From the NCBI GenBank assembly GCA_045837725.1, contig JBEWZL010000219.1, positions 1 to 64,000 of the forward strand: DNA of 64,000 bases, in the 5' to 3' direction. The stretch is from Vermamoeba vermiformis (taxonomy: Eukaryota). The notes beneath the pieces are model-generated. The model was not told the DNA's origin, ran no database searches, and saw only the letters and a program-made list of their open reading frames with translations. Position numbers and translations under genes: made by a program. This document shows positions 14,020 to 27,270 of this stretch, in pieces. Each line of letters begins with the position of its first letter. Position 1 is the first letter of the stretch.

Positions 14020-17000
14020 ATGGTCGATGCAGAGGCAGTATCATACGTAGACAAATTAATAGAGGAATACCTGTTGTTCAGGGGATTCACACAGTCACTT
14101 AAAACCTTCCAAAATGAAAAGAAAAATGACAAAACGAAGGGATATAAGGTACAGTAATATTAATATATATGCGCAAATTACATTTCAACGATAAAATTTG
14201 GCGTGAAGTAAAATTCGATTGAAAGGCATCTGTAAAATTCAAATAAAATAATGGGCTGTTCCTGTACCGTCCGTTAGACATTTTTTAGTATATATTATTA
14301 ATATAAAATACCTATAACATATTTTCTAATTTAAATTCATTAATTACAGGTGCAGAAGATCGTGAGCACTTTGTTGTCCAATATTCAAAGCCTCAATATA
14401 CAATCAGTATTGGAAATGTGGAATCATCTTCAACAAACATTTTTTCAACGATTAGACGAGGATATGACCCTTACCGTGCAACAGCTCGAGATATCTGTCA
14501 AGCGTTATTACTTGATCCACGCAATTCAACAAGGAAAAGCAGACAAGGTACGTGCATGATATTAATGCAATTATTTGGAAATTATTTTGACGATTGATGA
14601 CTTTTATTTAAGGTCACTGAATTCTTTACTATTCTCGGCGACAGTTTAGCTCAAGATAAAAATTGGAAGAACTGGTTTGGTACGTACAATCCTCCTAATA
14701 ATACATGCTGCTCATAATAACAATATGATTGATTCGAATTATTTTAAATATTGGATCTGGAGTCTCTTAAATTGATTATGAACCTTAGCTTTGCCCTACA
14801 TGAAGAACCCCGAGACCGACATAAATTTCCGCGTTTTCTTCTCGAAGACGTGGTACGAAGCATTTACATTGTCATTGCACAACTTTTTGAGCGTCATTTT
14901 CCAAAATGTCCGTATCCTACTTTGAACCAATATTGCACTTTTAGATAATAGTACATGGCAGTTTTATTTCCTTAATTCTATTCATAGCCTTGCCTAAAAT
15001 ACTCAACTTCAATATGGAGCGAACAGCACGATTAACACTCGAGGCACAAATCAATCATTTGACCACTGAGAACGAAAATCTTAGAAAAAAATTAGACGAC
15101 GCAAAGCGCGATATCGACTCACTACACGTAAGTCATATTGGCACTCACACTTATTGTATTTCTAATGTCGTCTTATTTGGGACAGAAAGCTGATCGTGTC
15201 AAGCGAGCGAATGAAATATTGGTTGAGGAGTCGAGTAAAAGTCGAAGCAATTCAATTGTAGAGCCGCCACAGGGATACACGAGCTTTAATGAAATTCAAC
15301 GAAAACGATTGCACAGTTCAGCTACTGAGTAAGTACCTGGTATTTTGGATCGGGTGATCCCATCACTTTCAGCCAAAACTTCTCTTCATGGTAGGATATA
15401 TTCGTAATACAATACTCATACTATTATTATGATAGGCTGGATAAGCCTAATAGACCAGAAACTCCGCCAAAATTTGAAAATCCCTCGCCACGTGTCTCCA
15501 CACAACCGGTCAGTATCGGTCAATCTACAGCAGCCAAAGAGCCAACACTACCGAACTCACCGAGGAATCAAACTCTTAGTATTGGTCTAGCGCACAGGTA
15601 CGTCATTATTGGTGTTACTCGGAGTCATGTTGTGGCCGCCGGATCTAACGTCTGACTTTTCTTAAGACAAACGTTAGAACAACATTCAGACGAGCCGCTG
15701 CCCAGTTCATTCAACCTAGTGATCTCAAACACCGAGGCCTTTTCTATCAACGCACCTATCAATTGTTGCAAGTTCTCTTCGGACGGATCCTACTTTGCGT
15801 GTGGCTCGAAAGCTGGTGTTATCAAGCTAGTCATTGTTTATATACCTTATTAGTTCCATTGATAGTAACACTCGAGTTATACAGAATATTCCCTTTGGGC
15901 AACGCACACAATAAAAATGCAGCCACGATCATTGGTCAAGCAGAGATCCAAGCCCTCGAATGGGATCACAAGACAAGCAAGCTGGTAAGTATTAAATCCA
16001 TTATTTCTATTTAATAAGCCATTAATAATCGAAAATTCAGCTATTTTTGGGCACGAACGACGGTCACGTGAAGATTTGGAATGTGTCCTCGGACAAGTTT
16101 GTTGGTGATATTACTGTTGGCTCTGGCTACAAGAAGTAAGTCATTTGAATGTTAGGCGACGTAGCTAATGGTCATTATATTGTAGAGTTAAAGACATTGT
16201 ATGCAGTCCTTCAGATAATTCGTTTGTCTGTTCGCTTGGCAATGCGGTCGAATCTCAGCCAGGCGCAGTTGTCACTTACAATCTGAAGACCTTGCAACAA
16301 AGTGTACGTCGAGTCTTATCAAAAATATACGTGCATTAGACTAACGTTATTGTTGCAGGCTAAGATTGAGGTCATGCCGCAAACAACGATCAACGCACTC
16401 GCACTCAATCACAACGGGTCAATGATGGTGGCTGCAGGCACTGACGGCTTGATTCGATTGTACGACATGACGAGTTACAAGCCAATTATGGGCTGGAAAG
16501 CTCACAATGGCGAAGTTGCTGGCGTTCGATTTAGCGTCGATGAGACCTCTATTTATAGCGTTGGTGCTGACTCGAAGGTACATTAGTCTGATCAAATATA
16601 GTTGATATCAATAGTAGATGGGACCTATATTACAATACTGATGATATTCCTCTTGTAGATTATGCAGTGGAGCATTCATAACATTGGAAAGATGATGAAA
16701 CAATACGAGTACGAAGGCTATTACACTGAGAACGGCGTAGCACCGAGAAAGGTCGATATATCGTTCGACGAGAACGGCAAATACTTTTTAATAGGCTCTA
16801 AGAATAATACAGGCCTCATGTACAACGTAAGTTGATTGAAGCGATCTCAGATCTACAGTGACACGCGGTATTCTTCAGAGTCTCCTTAGCTCATAATTGT
16901 TCTATTATAGGTCGATCATTCATTACCTATTCTAAGTGTCGGTAAGCACACGAAGCCAGTTATATGCATCGATTGGCATCCAACGGAGAGTTGCTGCTTG

Positions 17001-17072
17001 ACGGGAAGTTTGGACTGGTCCGTGTGTATGACTTCATTTGCGCAAGTACCAAGCTCACCGCTGCACGATTAA
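14020..17072 (+). CDS. WDR91: WD repeat-containing protein 91 ortholog
   Basis: VDKLIEEYLLFRGFTQSLK...KRYYLIHAIQ...WFALPY...SLHNFLSVIFQNVPLPKILNF matches the WDR91 N-terminal region. A coiled coil and C-terminal WD40 repeats follow. Confidence 0.92.
14912..14987 (+). other. U12-type (minor spliceosome) GT-AG intron in WDR91
   Basis: 5' splice site GTATCCTA. Branch site TTTCCTTAAT (14967-14976) lies about 12 nt before the AG. Splicing restores QNVP|LPKILNF. Confidence 0.8.
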
Positions 17073-17288
17073 TAAATTGCAGCAATTATATGTACATGAC
17101 ACGAATTAGTTTCGAAGCACGTGCTTTTGAGGGGGAGCGACGTAACTTTATTCGGTTAAAATATTATGTTACGTTACCACAATTCCAAACTGCGTGTTTA
17201 TTTATTTAGGGCAGTATATGGATTTTAGATATCACAGATATCTCACGAGCGTATTTTGATGTGATTTGGAATCAACAGTGACCATTTC

Positions 17289-19370
17289 ATGGACGGATTT
17301 GTTAAATTGCAAGTTGAAGATTACGGGGATAACGAGCAAAAAATAACTGTAAGTTCAAATATTTACGGGACATATTATTTGTACAACAACGGCGAGCTCA
17401 ATATTTGTAAATTAATTGATTTAATGCTTGATATTTCGTGGCGTTGATCTGAGGCCACGGAACTTTCATTATTTTAATTAACCAACAAATTTAAATAGGC
17501 CACGACGCATTCATTAATTGCTGCTTGCTTGCAAAATGACATACCATTTGAAATTGGCACTCTAAACACGTTGGTATTGAATACAATGAACGAGCACCAA
17601 AATTTAGACTTATTAAAAGACGCTCTTATAAGTACAAGCTCCATTAAGCGAGTTAATGCGCAGGATAATTGCCTTGCGTTTCCAAAAATTGCAACCGCTC
17701 TGGTCTCTAATAAAGCAGTAACGTGTTTAGATCTGACACGCAACAAGGAGTACTGCGCGCTGGACACCCTAGCTGATATTTTACAAACAAATACGACATT
17801 AACGGACCTGATATTAAAAGAATGCGAGATTGGATCCAAGGGATCTTTGAAGATCAGCGAAGCCCTGAAGACAAACTCGGCATTGAAGAGGCTAGATTTA
17901 TCGTCGAACAAGATCGAGACGGAGGGAATGCAAGGACTAGCCGAAGCATTGAAGATCAACAAGTCACTGAGCCATTTAATGATTGGTGGAAATGGCGACA
18001 ATATTCTGACGAATCTGTTTGACGCGGTCAAAAGTCATGACACTTTGACACGTTTGGACTTGTCCACGACGTACCTCAGCAACCAAGAGTGCCAATCATT
18101 GTTCAACGCGCTAGCCTCCAACAAGAAGATTCAAGTGTTAGAACTGAATCGATGTATTATAAGCCACGAGGGCTGGACCATGATCGCCAAGTTGCTGGAG
18201 ATGAATGACACTTTGACAGATCTGGATCTGACAACTTCAAATCTGAAGGCTGTGGACTGCGAGAAGATATCGCAAGCCCTAGCCATAAACAGCACACTCA
18301 AGATTCTTAAAATTGGTTCGCGCAACATGCCAATCTCGCAAGAAAGCATGAACATTGACCGCGCAGTTGCAAAGGCGTTGCAGAGTAACAAATCACTGAC
18401 TGACCTGCGCATACACAAGCTGATTATGAACAACTCTGTCGTGGATATTTGCGAGGGTCTCAAGGTCAGCAAGACCCTCACTCATTTGTATATTAGAGAG
18501 ATTATGGACATGAAGGACTTTGGCTTTGAAGCGTTCACTGAAGCGTTGAAAGTCAATCCGACATTGAAGCACTTAGACATTGGAAGTTACAGCATTGATA
18601 CTAGAGCATATGCAGCATTCAGAGAGTTCTTGTACAACGACTTTGTGTCACTGGCGTTTCGCAACTGTGTTCGGCGGCACGAAGAAGTGCAAATAATTTA
18701 CGAAAGATTGAACGTGCATTCAACGCTGAGGAGCTTTTCACTGAAAGGATGCGACTCACTTGGCCTCGAATCATTTCTGCTATTATCATCCATATTGACG
18801 TCGAACACCGTGCTCCGGTCATTAGACGTCAGCGAGATCAAACTCGAAAAATCTTTTGCAATCTGTCGAGCACTACGACATAACTCGACATTGACGAAGT
18901 TGGCAATTGACAGCAGCGCACGAACATTGGACAGAAATCAACATTTGCGATATTATCAAGAGCTAGCAGCAATTCTCAGAAAAAATCGGTCTTTGCGAAT
19001 TCTCGACTTGACAGCTGTCCATATTGACACCACAATTGCGGCGGAGTTATTTGAGTGCCTAAAATTCAACGATTTTATTGTCGACATTAGATCCAACGGA
19101 GATATGGCTCGAATTCATAGTCCAGAATTAGCTGAGCGATTAGAAGAGAACCGACAAGATTTTATGAAGCTGAAAGAGACCGTTAAAAACACAATTACCA
19201 ATTTATATATTTTGGCGCGCAACGAAAAAACGAGAAATTTGTTGCCCGTCGAGATCTGGACCGCGTATGTTTGTAAACACATTCGCTTCCAAGACGTTCA
19301 TGTAGATTTTGTACCAATAGGTCAACGTATTTGGGCTGATAGTTTTTCTATTCGCAAATACGTTGATTAA
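17289..19370 (+). CDS. RNI-like (NLRC3-type) leucine-rich repeat protein with C-terminal F-box-like motif
   Basis: Exon 1 17289-17348, intron 17349-17498, long exon 2. About 28-aa repeats of ALKxNxxLxxLDLS. Ends NLYILARN..LLPVEIWTAYVCKHI. Confidence 0.85.
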
Positions 19371-19921
19371 ACTAAACCTTCGAATTAAAAGAATAAACAC
19401 CGTGTGCGTACCCGGGATCCGGTGCGCCACGTGATCGAAATGAAATCTCATAAGTGTCATTCGTCAATCCACGCCACGTGGTACCCAACAGGTAAATATA
19501 ACTACAAAATAAGCACTATTTACTCAGGATTTTTAGTTGGATCTGCATAGGACTGAGGAATTTTCCGTGCCACCTCCCGAAAGCGGAATAACTCGATTTT
19601 AGCCAAGTATGGCCTCCGATTCAAGATTGATTCATACGTCCTATTAATGACTAGTATCGATATGCTTAACGGAAGGTGATTTGCAACCGGATCCAAGTCT
19701 TTGTATGTTTTGCGCCGTAACTTTGTGATTCGAGTACAAGTTACTCTGGCGCACAATCACACTTCTCGGCCCGGAGATATCTCCGGAACATCTATATTTA
19801 GTCCCGTCATCTATTATGCTAGGTCGGAAACTTGCCGCCAGAAGATTGTGGCCTAAAAAGTTTTGTTGCGGCTCCAATTATTTGTATTCTCTATTCGAAT
19901 CAACCACCACACCACGCAAGA

Positions 19922-20579
19922 ATGATCAACAACGAGCCCAACAACACCAGCGCCATCAGCAACAGTGCTCCTAATGGTACTTCGAACCAACAGACTACAC
20001 AGATCGGCACCGGTCAAAACATCGTAGTGAATGTTGGTCAGAATCAGACCATTCGCGGCCCTATTGTCGATCCTACTCGCTTATGGAGCACTGATCTATG
20101 CGACTGCTGCATGGATTGCGGTACTTGTAAGTATAGATCAAATAACGGCTCTTTCGAATCCGGGATCTAACTTCGTGTTAGGCGCTATGTCATGGTTCTG
20201 CCCTTGCGTTCAAGTAGGCATGAACGCCACTAAAGTCAGTAACTGCAGTTCGCCACATTTAGAAGGTTGCTGTTGCGGTTTCTGGTACTGCATGTTGTGG
20301 TTAATGTGCTTGGGTTACTTCTTCGGATGTGGTTTGCGTATGCGCATCAGAGAGCGAAACAGAATCTACGGGTATGCTTTATTTAATATCAAAATTGCAA
20401 TTTTAACGGTTATAATCAGAAATCCCTGCGGTGATTGCTGCACTCACTTTTGGTGCCCGTTCTGCGCTGTAGCACAAGAAGGTCGAGAAGTTAAATATAG
20501 ACTCAAAGCCCTAAGAAACGCTCAAGAAATGACTACTGGCATCACCGGTTGTTTCGCAAATGCCCAACGTCTAATTTGA
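19922..20579 (+). CDS. PLAC8/cornifelin family cysteine-rich protein
   Basis: WSTDLCDCCMDCGTC, WFCPCVQ, RMRIRERNRIYG, DCCTHFWCPFCAVAQEGRE; two introns. Confidence 0.92.
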
Positions 20580-20718
20580 CGACTTGTATTCCTAATTCTC
20601 CATTACAAAATCTTTTTTTTTGTTTTTTTGTGTACTTTTCGGTGGAATAAATATTTATTTTAAGTCAATTCGGTCTTGTTTTTATTTATTTAATATCAGA
20701 ATCACTGAAGGAATCAAC

Positions 20719-22613
20719 ATGTCAGTCGCTTTACCTCCGTCGAATGAAAATACAAGCAGACGAGTTTGCAAAATGAACGAGCAACCAGCAGAGCCATTAC
20801 CTAATCCTTGGTTTGAGGCAGTAAACAAAGGATCGCTAACGGATCTGTGCAGTTTATGGCAACAAGGAGAAGACATCGACCAATTCGACGAGAAAGGCAA
20901 GCCAAATAGCTCAAAAAGCTGTTTCTAACGCGAAATTTAGGTCAAAACGCTCTTCACCGTGCAGCACAATATGGCTACCTCGAGATCGTTCATTTTCTGA
21001 TTATTAACGGCTTGGATCCGAATCAACCGGATCAAAAAGGTACGAAGTAATTCTTAAGACTGATCTTAATTAATATTGTATTCAGATGGATCAAATGCTT
21101 TGCATTGGGCGGTTGTTAACAACAAGATTGCGGTTGTACGATATTTAATTGCTGGCGGTTCCGATCCGCTAGAAAAAACATCGCGCGGCGTTAATGCGCT
21201 GCATTTAGCGGCAGGATTAGGTAATTAATTAATATACATAGTCTAAAAAAGCCTCTGTCGGCGCTTTACCGCTGGCGTGTGAATCGAATTAGATTTCGTT
21301 TTCGACGGAAAAACCCCGCCGCGAATAACGTGTACTAATTTTGAAACAGGTCATGACGAACCATTATTGGCTCTATTAGAAAAGTGCACTAATACGACGT
21401 GGAAATCGAAAGACGATCAAGGAAGAGATCCGATCCCAGTCGCAGAACAAAATCAACAGCTTCATGTCTCACAATATCTGCGCAAATATAGGAAACTCAA
21501 CACTTCATATAGTCCCATTGGATGGTCACTATTAGGTCCTCTTTTGATTGCATTAATTGGGATCGCACCTTCGCACCCTTGGATCGCACTCCTTGTTGTG
21601 GCTTCATTGATCGGTTTCTCCAGAACACCATATGCACCTGTCATACTTAGCGCTCATAGAGGCTACTTCTTCTTTTTGGGACTGGTTTATTGCTCTCTTT
21701 CAGTAGATCTGGTTCACGCTTTCGTTTTCTACGGTATTTAATTCGTTACTTTGCGATTCCGAATTTAATATTAATTTTCCCGTATTTTAGGACCCTCAGC
21801 ATTTTTCATATTCAGAGTTTGCTTGACGCTGGTTGCTGGTGGCTTCTACGCTCTTGCCATCTTTTCGGATCCCGGAATTCACAAAGCGGATAAAGCTCAG
21901 GACGACCAGGCAATACTCTTCGTTGTTGTCAATATCAAAAGAGAATACTAACCATATTTAGGAGTTCATTGCTCAAGTAAAGAACGGTGACACTTCGGTC
22001 AAGATCTGTCACACTTGCCGAGTACGTGTCAATAATCGACTATACATTCAATACTAATATACTCTATTCAGATCCGCAGACCAGCACGTGCCAAGCATTG
22101 TCATCAAGTAGATGGCTGCGTACGACGCTTCGATCACTTCTGCGTGTGGACTTGCAATGCTGTCGGAGCTGGAAATCATCTCTATTTCCTGTTATTCGTA
22201 ATTACGATCATTCCCGTGCAGTTTTTTGTCGCAGTGCTGCACTATCAGAGTACGTACCGACATTGCGAGAATTTTGACAACTGGATCTGAATCTTAACAC
22301 CTATTTAGTTATTAGCAATATCATTACTATGAATCTGTCCGTATGGGACTCATTAGCAATGCTATGGAGTCAGCCATTAACGCCGTTCTTGTTTGTTTTT
22401 GCCGTGATTGGACTTTGGCAGATCCCGCTCTTAATGTCACAACTTTACGGCATTGCCAATGGCGTCACTGCGTATGAAAAGATGACAGCTGCGCGTAAGC
22501 AAAGAGATCATTGCCAAGGAGGGTCGTGCAATCATTCTGTTGCGACGAAGCGTTCGAGTGTCAAGCAAAACATTCGTGATTTCCTGTTTAACTGTAACGA
22601 AGTCAGATACTAG
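20719..22613 (+). CDS. Ankyrin-repeat DHHC palmitoyltransferase (Akr1/ZDHHC17-like), DHFC variant
   Basis: Ankyrin motifs GQNALHRAA, GSNALHWAV and GVNALHLAA. TM helices and DPG. Cys-rich domain ICHTCR..RAKHC...VRRFDHFCVWTCNAVGAGNH; GVTAYE. Contains two GC-AG introns. Confidence 0.9.
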
Positions 22614-22856
22614 TACTATTTGTAAGAATATTTAGCGCATGTAAACCATTATTATAATTGTAACCCAATCCACTACAATGTCAAAGAACGTACTTTTCAA
22701 TCTGTCCCGTCCCTTAATTTGTGCCAGTTGCTTGTACCATATGGAACAATTGCTACGCGATTAAGAAACATTACTTGTGGCGAAAGAAACACAATAAATG
22801 AAGGAACAATTTATTCGATTTATCGTTAATTACTGTCAAGTAGCACACTAGTGACA

Positions 22857-24161
22857 ATGGCTGCATTAAGTGCGACAGCAGTTAAAAGATACCGAGAAGA
22901 AGAGAATCAAGAGGAGAACGAGCGAAGAAAGAGGTTCAAGGCGGATCATTTTGGCTTGTCGATCCTACACGTTCCAGATTGTAGTGGGGGGGGTGGGGGA
23001 ACTCGCTGAAAAAATTATTAAAAATATAATGGAATATCCCCGAGCCATTCTTAGCATGGCGACGGTGTCTAAAATGTAAACAAAAATGGTATTGCATTTT
23101 TAAAATTATTTTGATTCGTTATTTTTAGGCACTACAACTTGGTCCATAATAAATCGATGTGGGTAGATTTAGGATATTCACCAAATATAACATCCGAAGC
23201 ACAGCTACCCCACAAAGTTCTGCTGGTGTTACTGGCGCAAATCCGCTTGGCTCGTCAGACCAAAAAATTAAGCAAACTCAAGCAAGAGATTAAAGCAACA
23301 AGCAACATAAGTTTAAAGTACGTATATATATATATCTTCGAAGATTATATACGTCTCTTAATAATGAAATACTTACGCGGGATCTAGCGCAGCACAAGAA
23401 GTTTCAGGAGATCTCCAGCCAGAAGAATACCAGCAATTTATCGCTAATACTTACCTAACTGATAAGGCAGCGAAAGCGTTGCTAAGGATAATGGAGAGAC
23501 CTAACGCTAAGCACTTTACTCTAAAAGAGCTTGTAGATTGGTTAGAGATGCCCCTAAGTAAGCATTTCTTCGTTAATAATCAATCTCTTATATCATTAAT
23601 TTATTAGACCATAATCGAGAGCCCCTTGACTTTATCAAACGAATGACATTTCCAAATAGAACGCTTCCATACGACGTTATATTTACTTACTACAAACATC
23701 CATTTGATGGAGATACCAGTCTGATGCCTCAAATTATGAGCGTGTGGACAGACGATGGATCAAATGATTGCGATGTTTATCGATTCCCACTAGCAGATCC
23801 AAACAAAGCGCTGCTGTTTACAAGCTTGCAGAGGAGTTCTACCTCATTCATTAAAGTAATGCAATTTATAAGAAATTAGTGTAAAGCTTTATCTAACGTC
23901 TACTTGCAGTTAGATAAAGCTAAGAACCGAATTGAATGTTGCGGAGATTTTGAAATCTACGCGGCGAAAAAATTCCGTGGAGATTACGCAAATGCATTAA
24001 CTTGCTTGTGCGAAGAAGATGGCTCGTTGACCTATCCAGCGTGGGGATTTCAGTTCTTAACAGAACATCACTTCCTTGTATTGAAAGAACACCCGGACTT
24101 AAATGGTGCTGACGAAGCGTTTAGCGTGCACGTTGTTGAAGATATTCAATTTCGAAAGTAG
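22857..24161 (+). CDS. F-box-like protein of unknown function, multi-exon (noisy G-run near 22985 breaks the frame)
   Basis: MAALSATAVKRYREEENQEENERRKRFK...LHVPD / IIKNIMEYPRAILSMATVSK..HYNLVHNKSMW is F-box-like. Downstream exons end VEDIQFRK*. Confidence 0.6.
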
Positions 24162-24608
24162 AACGTGCCGCTACAATCGCGTTGGGCGAAATCTCGGGAA
24201 ATCTCCGATTGAAGTTCTTCGACATATGCCCGTAACGATGCCAGTAATTTCAGCTTTAAAATATAAACGACAGCATTACTTAATGGAAAGATCTTTCTTT
24301 GAGCAGATCCGCCCGCGTAGACGTCGAACAAAGCTATGCCAGGGAGGAAAAGTTCGTCGTGGCACTGCTGTACGCGAAAATTTTGGAGCTCGTACGTAAG
24401 TAATAAAAATTCAGTAACAAAATCAAACGGGCAGTCTCGCACAGCTGTGCAAGCAATAACGCCCGAATTAATTATTTATTATTTTTTCTACGAAAAAACT
24501 ATGCCTCCTCTTTAAATCACAAGGACAGAAAAAACCAAGAAAATAGAAATTATATTCGCCATTAATTTTGTAAACAGAATCTTTAGATCTGCAGAGTGAA
24601 TCCAACAA

Positions 24609-26992
24609 ATGGACACCTCGACTTCGTCTTTCGACACCCTCCTTGATGATGTATTTTTACTGGTCATTGAGCTATTACTGGACGAAGAAGATCCAGCTCT
24701 TGTCTCTGTATCAAACAAGCATCACCGCACAATGCAGGAAAACTTCTTCGGAGAGTATCGTAAGCCTGAAAAATATTCCTTTCTTTAATACCATGCCGAA
24801 TATTAAATTTTAATTGAATTAATTAAATAGTTGGCCACCTAGTACGAAACTGAGCTCAACAACCCGCCCGACTACGTATTCGATGAGTTCGAGGAGAATA
24901 TGGACGACGAGCCTCAAAATACTTTGCAGGGCATTAATAGAGACAGCTTTGGGTACCATCATGTCATTACGCTGCGCAGTGTTTCTAAGAGCATGAAACA
25001 ACGGATCGACAAACTTCCGTTCGTTTCAATTCGTTCGGATCTCGATCAATTTTATCGCGAGAAAGTAGCCCCGCATAAAAACCGAGACTTTGTCATGCTT
25101 GGAATCAAGTCAGAAATTCACATCGCAGAGCTGCAACACAAATGGCCTCGGATCCTGCGCGACTACCTTCTTCGATCAACTTCCAGCGACAAGAAGACCA
25201 TTGAAAAAGAGTTCACTGCGCTGTACAATAGAGCCAAGTTCGTCTACAATGAACGCTGCGAAGATCACAACGGCAAAGTGTACGGGAAAGCATCGCTGTT
25301 GGAGCTCGAGTTCATCGATGTCAACAACGAGCGTAAGTAGCAACGATCGATTATAGAGTATAGTATTGTTATGTTACCGATGTCTGCTCACGATGGAGCT
25401 CATAATAAGTTCTTAAAAGTCATCACATTTGTGGAACCAACGTACTAATGTTTGACCTATTGGTGTAGCATCGAAGATTCAAGTGAAGTTGGTGCATTGC
25501 TGGGACGTGCGCGAATCGAATTGGTACACTCAGATCTTCATCTATGCATTGAACAAGGAGCGTCAAGTCGCGATCAGACCTAAACTGCCTCCCAACGCAC
25601 CCCGCAACAGAGAGAGTCCTCCGCCGCCCAAGAACTGCTTGATGCAGCTGTGGAAGGAGCGCGGCTGGCTGGACTTGACCTACTTTAATGGCGAGCTCAC
25701 CAAGACGTAAGTTGACGCGTTGACACTTTTGACACGTGTCATACTAATGACTTGACTCTCACAGTGTCTGCCAAGAGCTGTCACTCGATCAAGCTTTCTG
25801 GGTGGGTGACAACAACTGTTTGCTACTGGAGTTCTTGTTACTGGCGGCTGGTATGTACTGCTCGTTCGTTTTGTCACGCGTTATTTATTAATTTTCGAAG
25901 GCGAGGCAAAGTTCACACATTTTGTTCCGATCGCTATGACTAAAAAGGACGAGGATCCGTATGGCACCAAGCCACAATCGTACGACTGGGTAATGGTGTA
26001 CGAGAACGACAGAGAACCGAAGGACAATGACGTAGGTCCACCTTGCTGTCTCATTTGAGCCATAATTAATCCTAACTAATTGCAGCAATCGTACTTGACA
26101 CCCGTCAACGAGTTCAGAGACACGTTCTTATTGAAAAAGATTCCGAGTGGCAAACTAGGACAACGATACTTGTTGAATGCAAAAGTGCAGCTCGGTAAGT
26201 TCTTGAGCAAGTAATAGCTCAAACTGACATGCTCTTCAAGGTGCTTCCGATGTCGAGTGTTCACTGAAAACATCCACCGAACCCATCGCCAAGTGCATTG
26301 AATCCATCTCGCACTGTTATGACCTCGAAGTGACACCAGGTGAGTTCGCGCACCTCAACTCGTTCTTCATGAAAGCCACCATGAAGACACATGACGGCGG
26401 CTCATTCGTGCTGTGGCTCGCTGAAAAGATTGGTCACGGCTATCACACCCCTTGCGACTACATCACGCTGCAAGTGATGCCAATGAACGCAGTCAGTGCT
26501 CGTGCATTGGGACTCAAAGTGTATCAACAAGACGTGGTGTACTATCACTTCTTCGCAAAGCAAGTCTTTGCAAACGAAGGACTGAGCGAGAAGCTAATCG
26601 CGGTAAGCTTGCGTCATTCTAATTAAGCAATTGAAGGTATACTAATTCGGGACCAAACACAGCATTTGAGAGCTGCTTTTCAATCCAGCGGTGCAGAAGA
26701 TGACGAACAATCATCGGACAATAAGAAGCGCAAGGCCCAAGGCAATACGGACGCAGATCGACCGACCAAAAAGCTACGAACTAATAATGGAGCTGTAGAT
26801 TCCGATATGGCCAAGCCGGTGACATTTTTGACACTTTTTGACACGCTGCTCAAAATACGGTTCTGTGTCATGCGTCGTATGGGCGGATTTATTGGCCTAG
26901 AAGGCTCGTATTTCCGCGGCAATGATGTGCCGGGCTTCTCGCACGAGTCAATCTGCAAAGATTGGAAGTTGGTGAGACCAAGATTGTGGTAG
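24609..26992 (+). CDS. Uncharacterised multi-exon protein with split F-box-like N-terminus
   Basis: MDTSTSSFDTLLDDVFLLVIELL and later VITLRSVSKSMKQRI. Exons correspond to ORFs 24900-25340, 25483-25710, 26330-26626 and 26666-26992. NLS-like KKRK..PTKKLR. Confidence 0.6.
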
Positions 26993-27270
26993 AACTGAAA
27001 CCTCCGAAAATATTAAATTAGTGATTGATAATTCACGAATAGAGTTCAAATAAAGCTGACTTATTTTACCAACTACTTGTAAACTCGCGATTATTAAATA
27101 CAATGGCAGTATCAATGCGCTGGGATAGGTCGCCACAGAGCTGTAGCCACAAAATCGTCGCAATGATTGTGGACAACCACAAAAAAACCTAGAATGGGAC
27201 AGAGAACTAGTCACTTGCGAAGCATTTTTAAATAGGAAGCCACCATTTGTATTGCAATAGCTTTTCAGTA

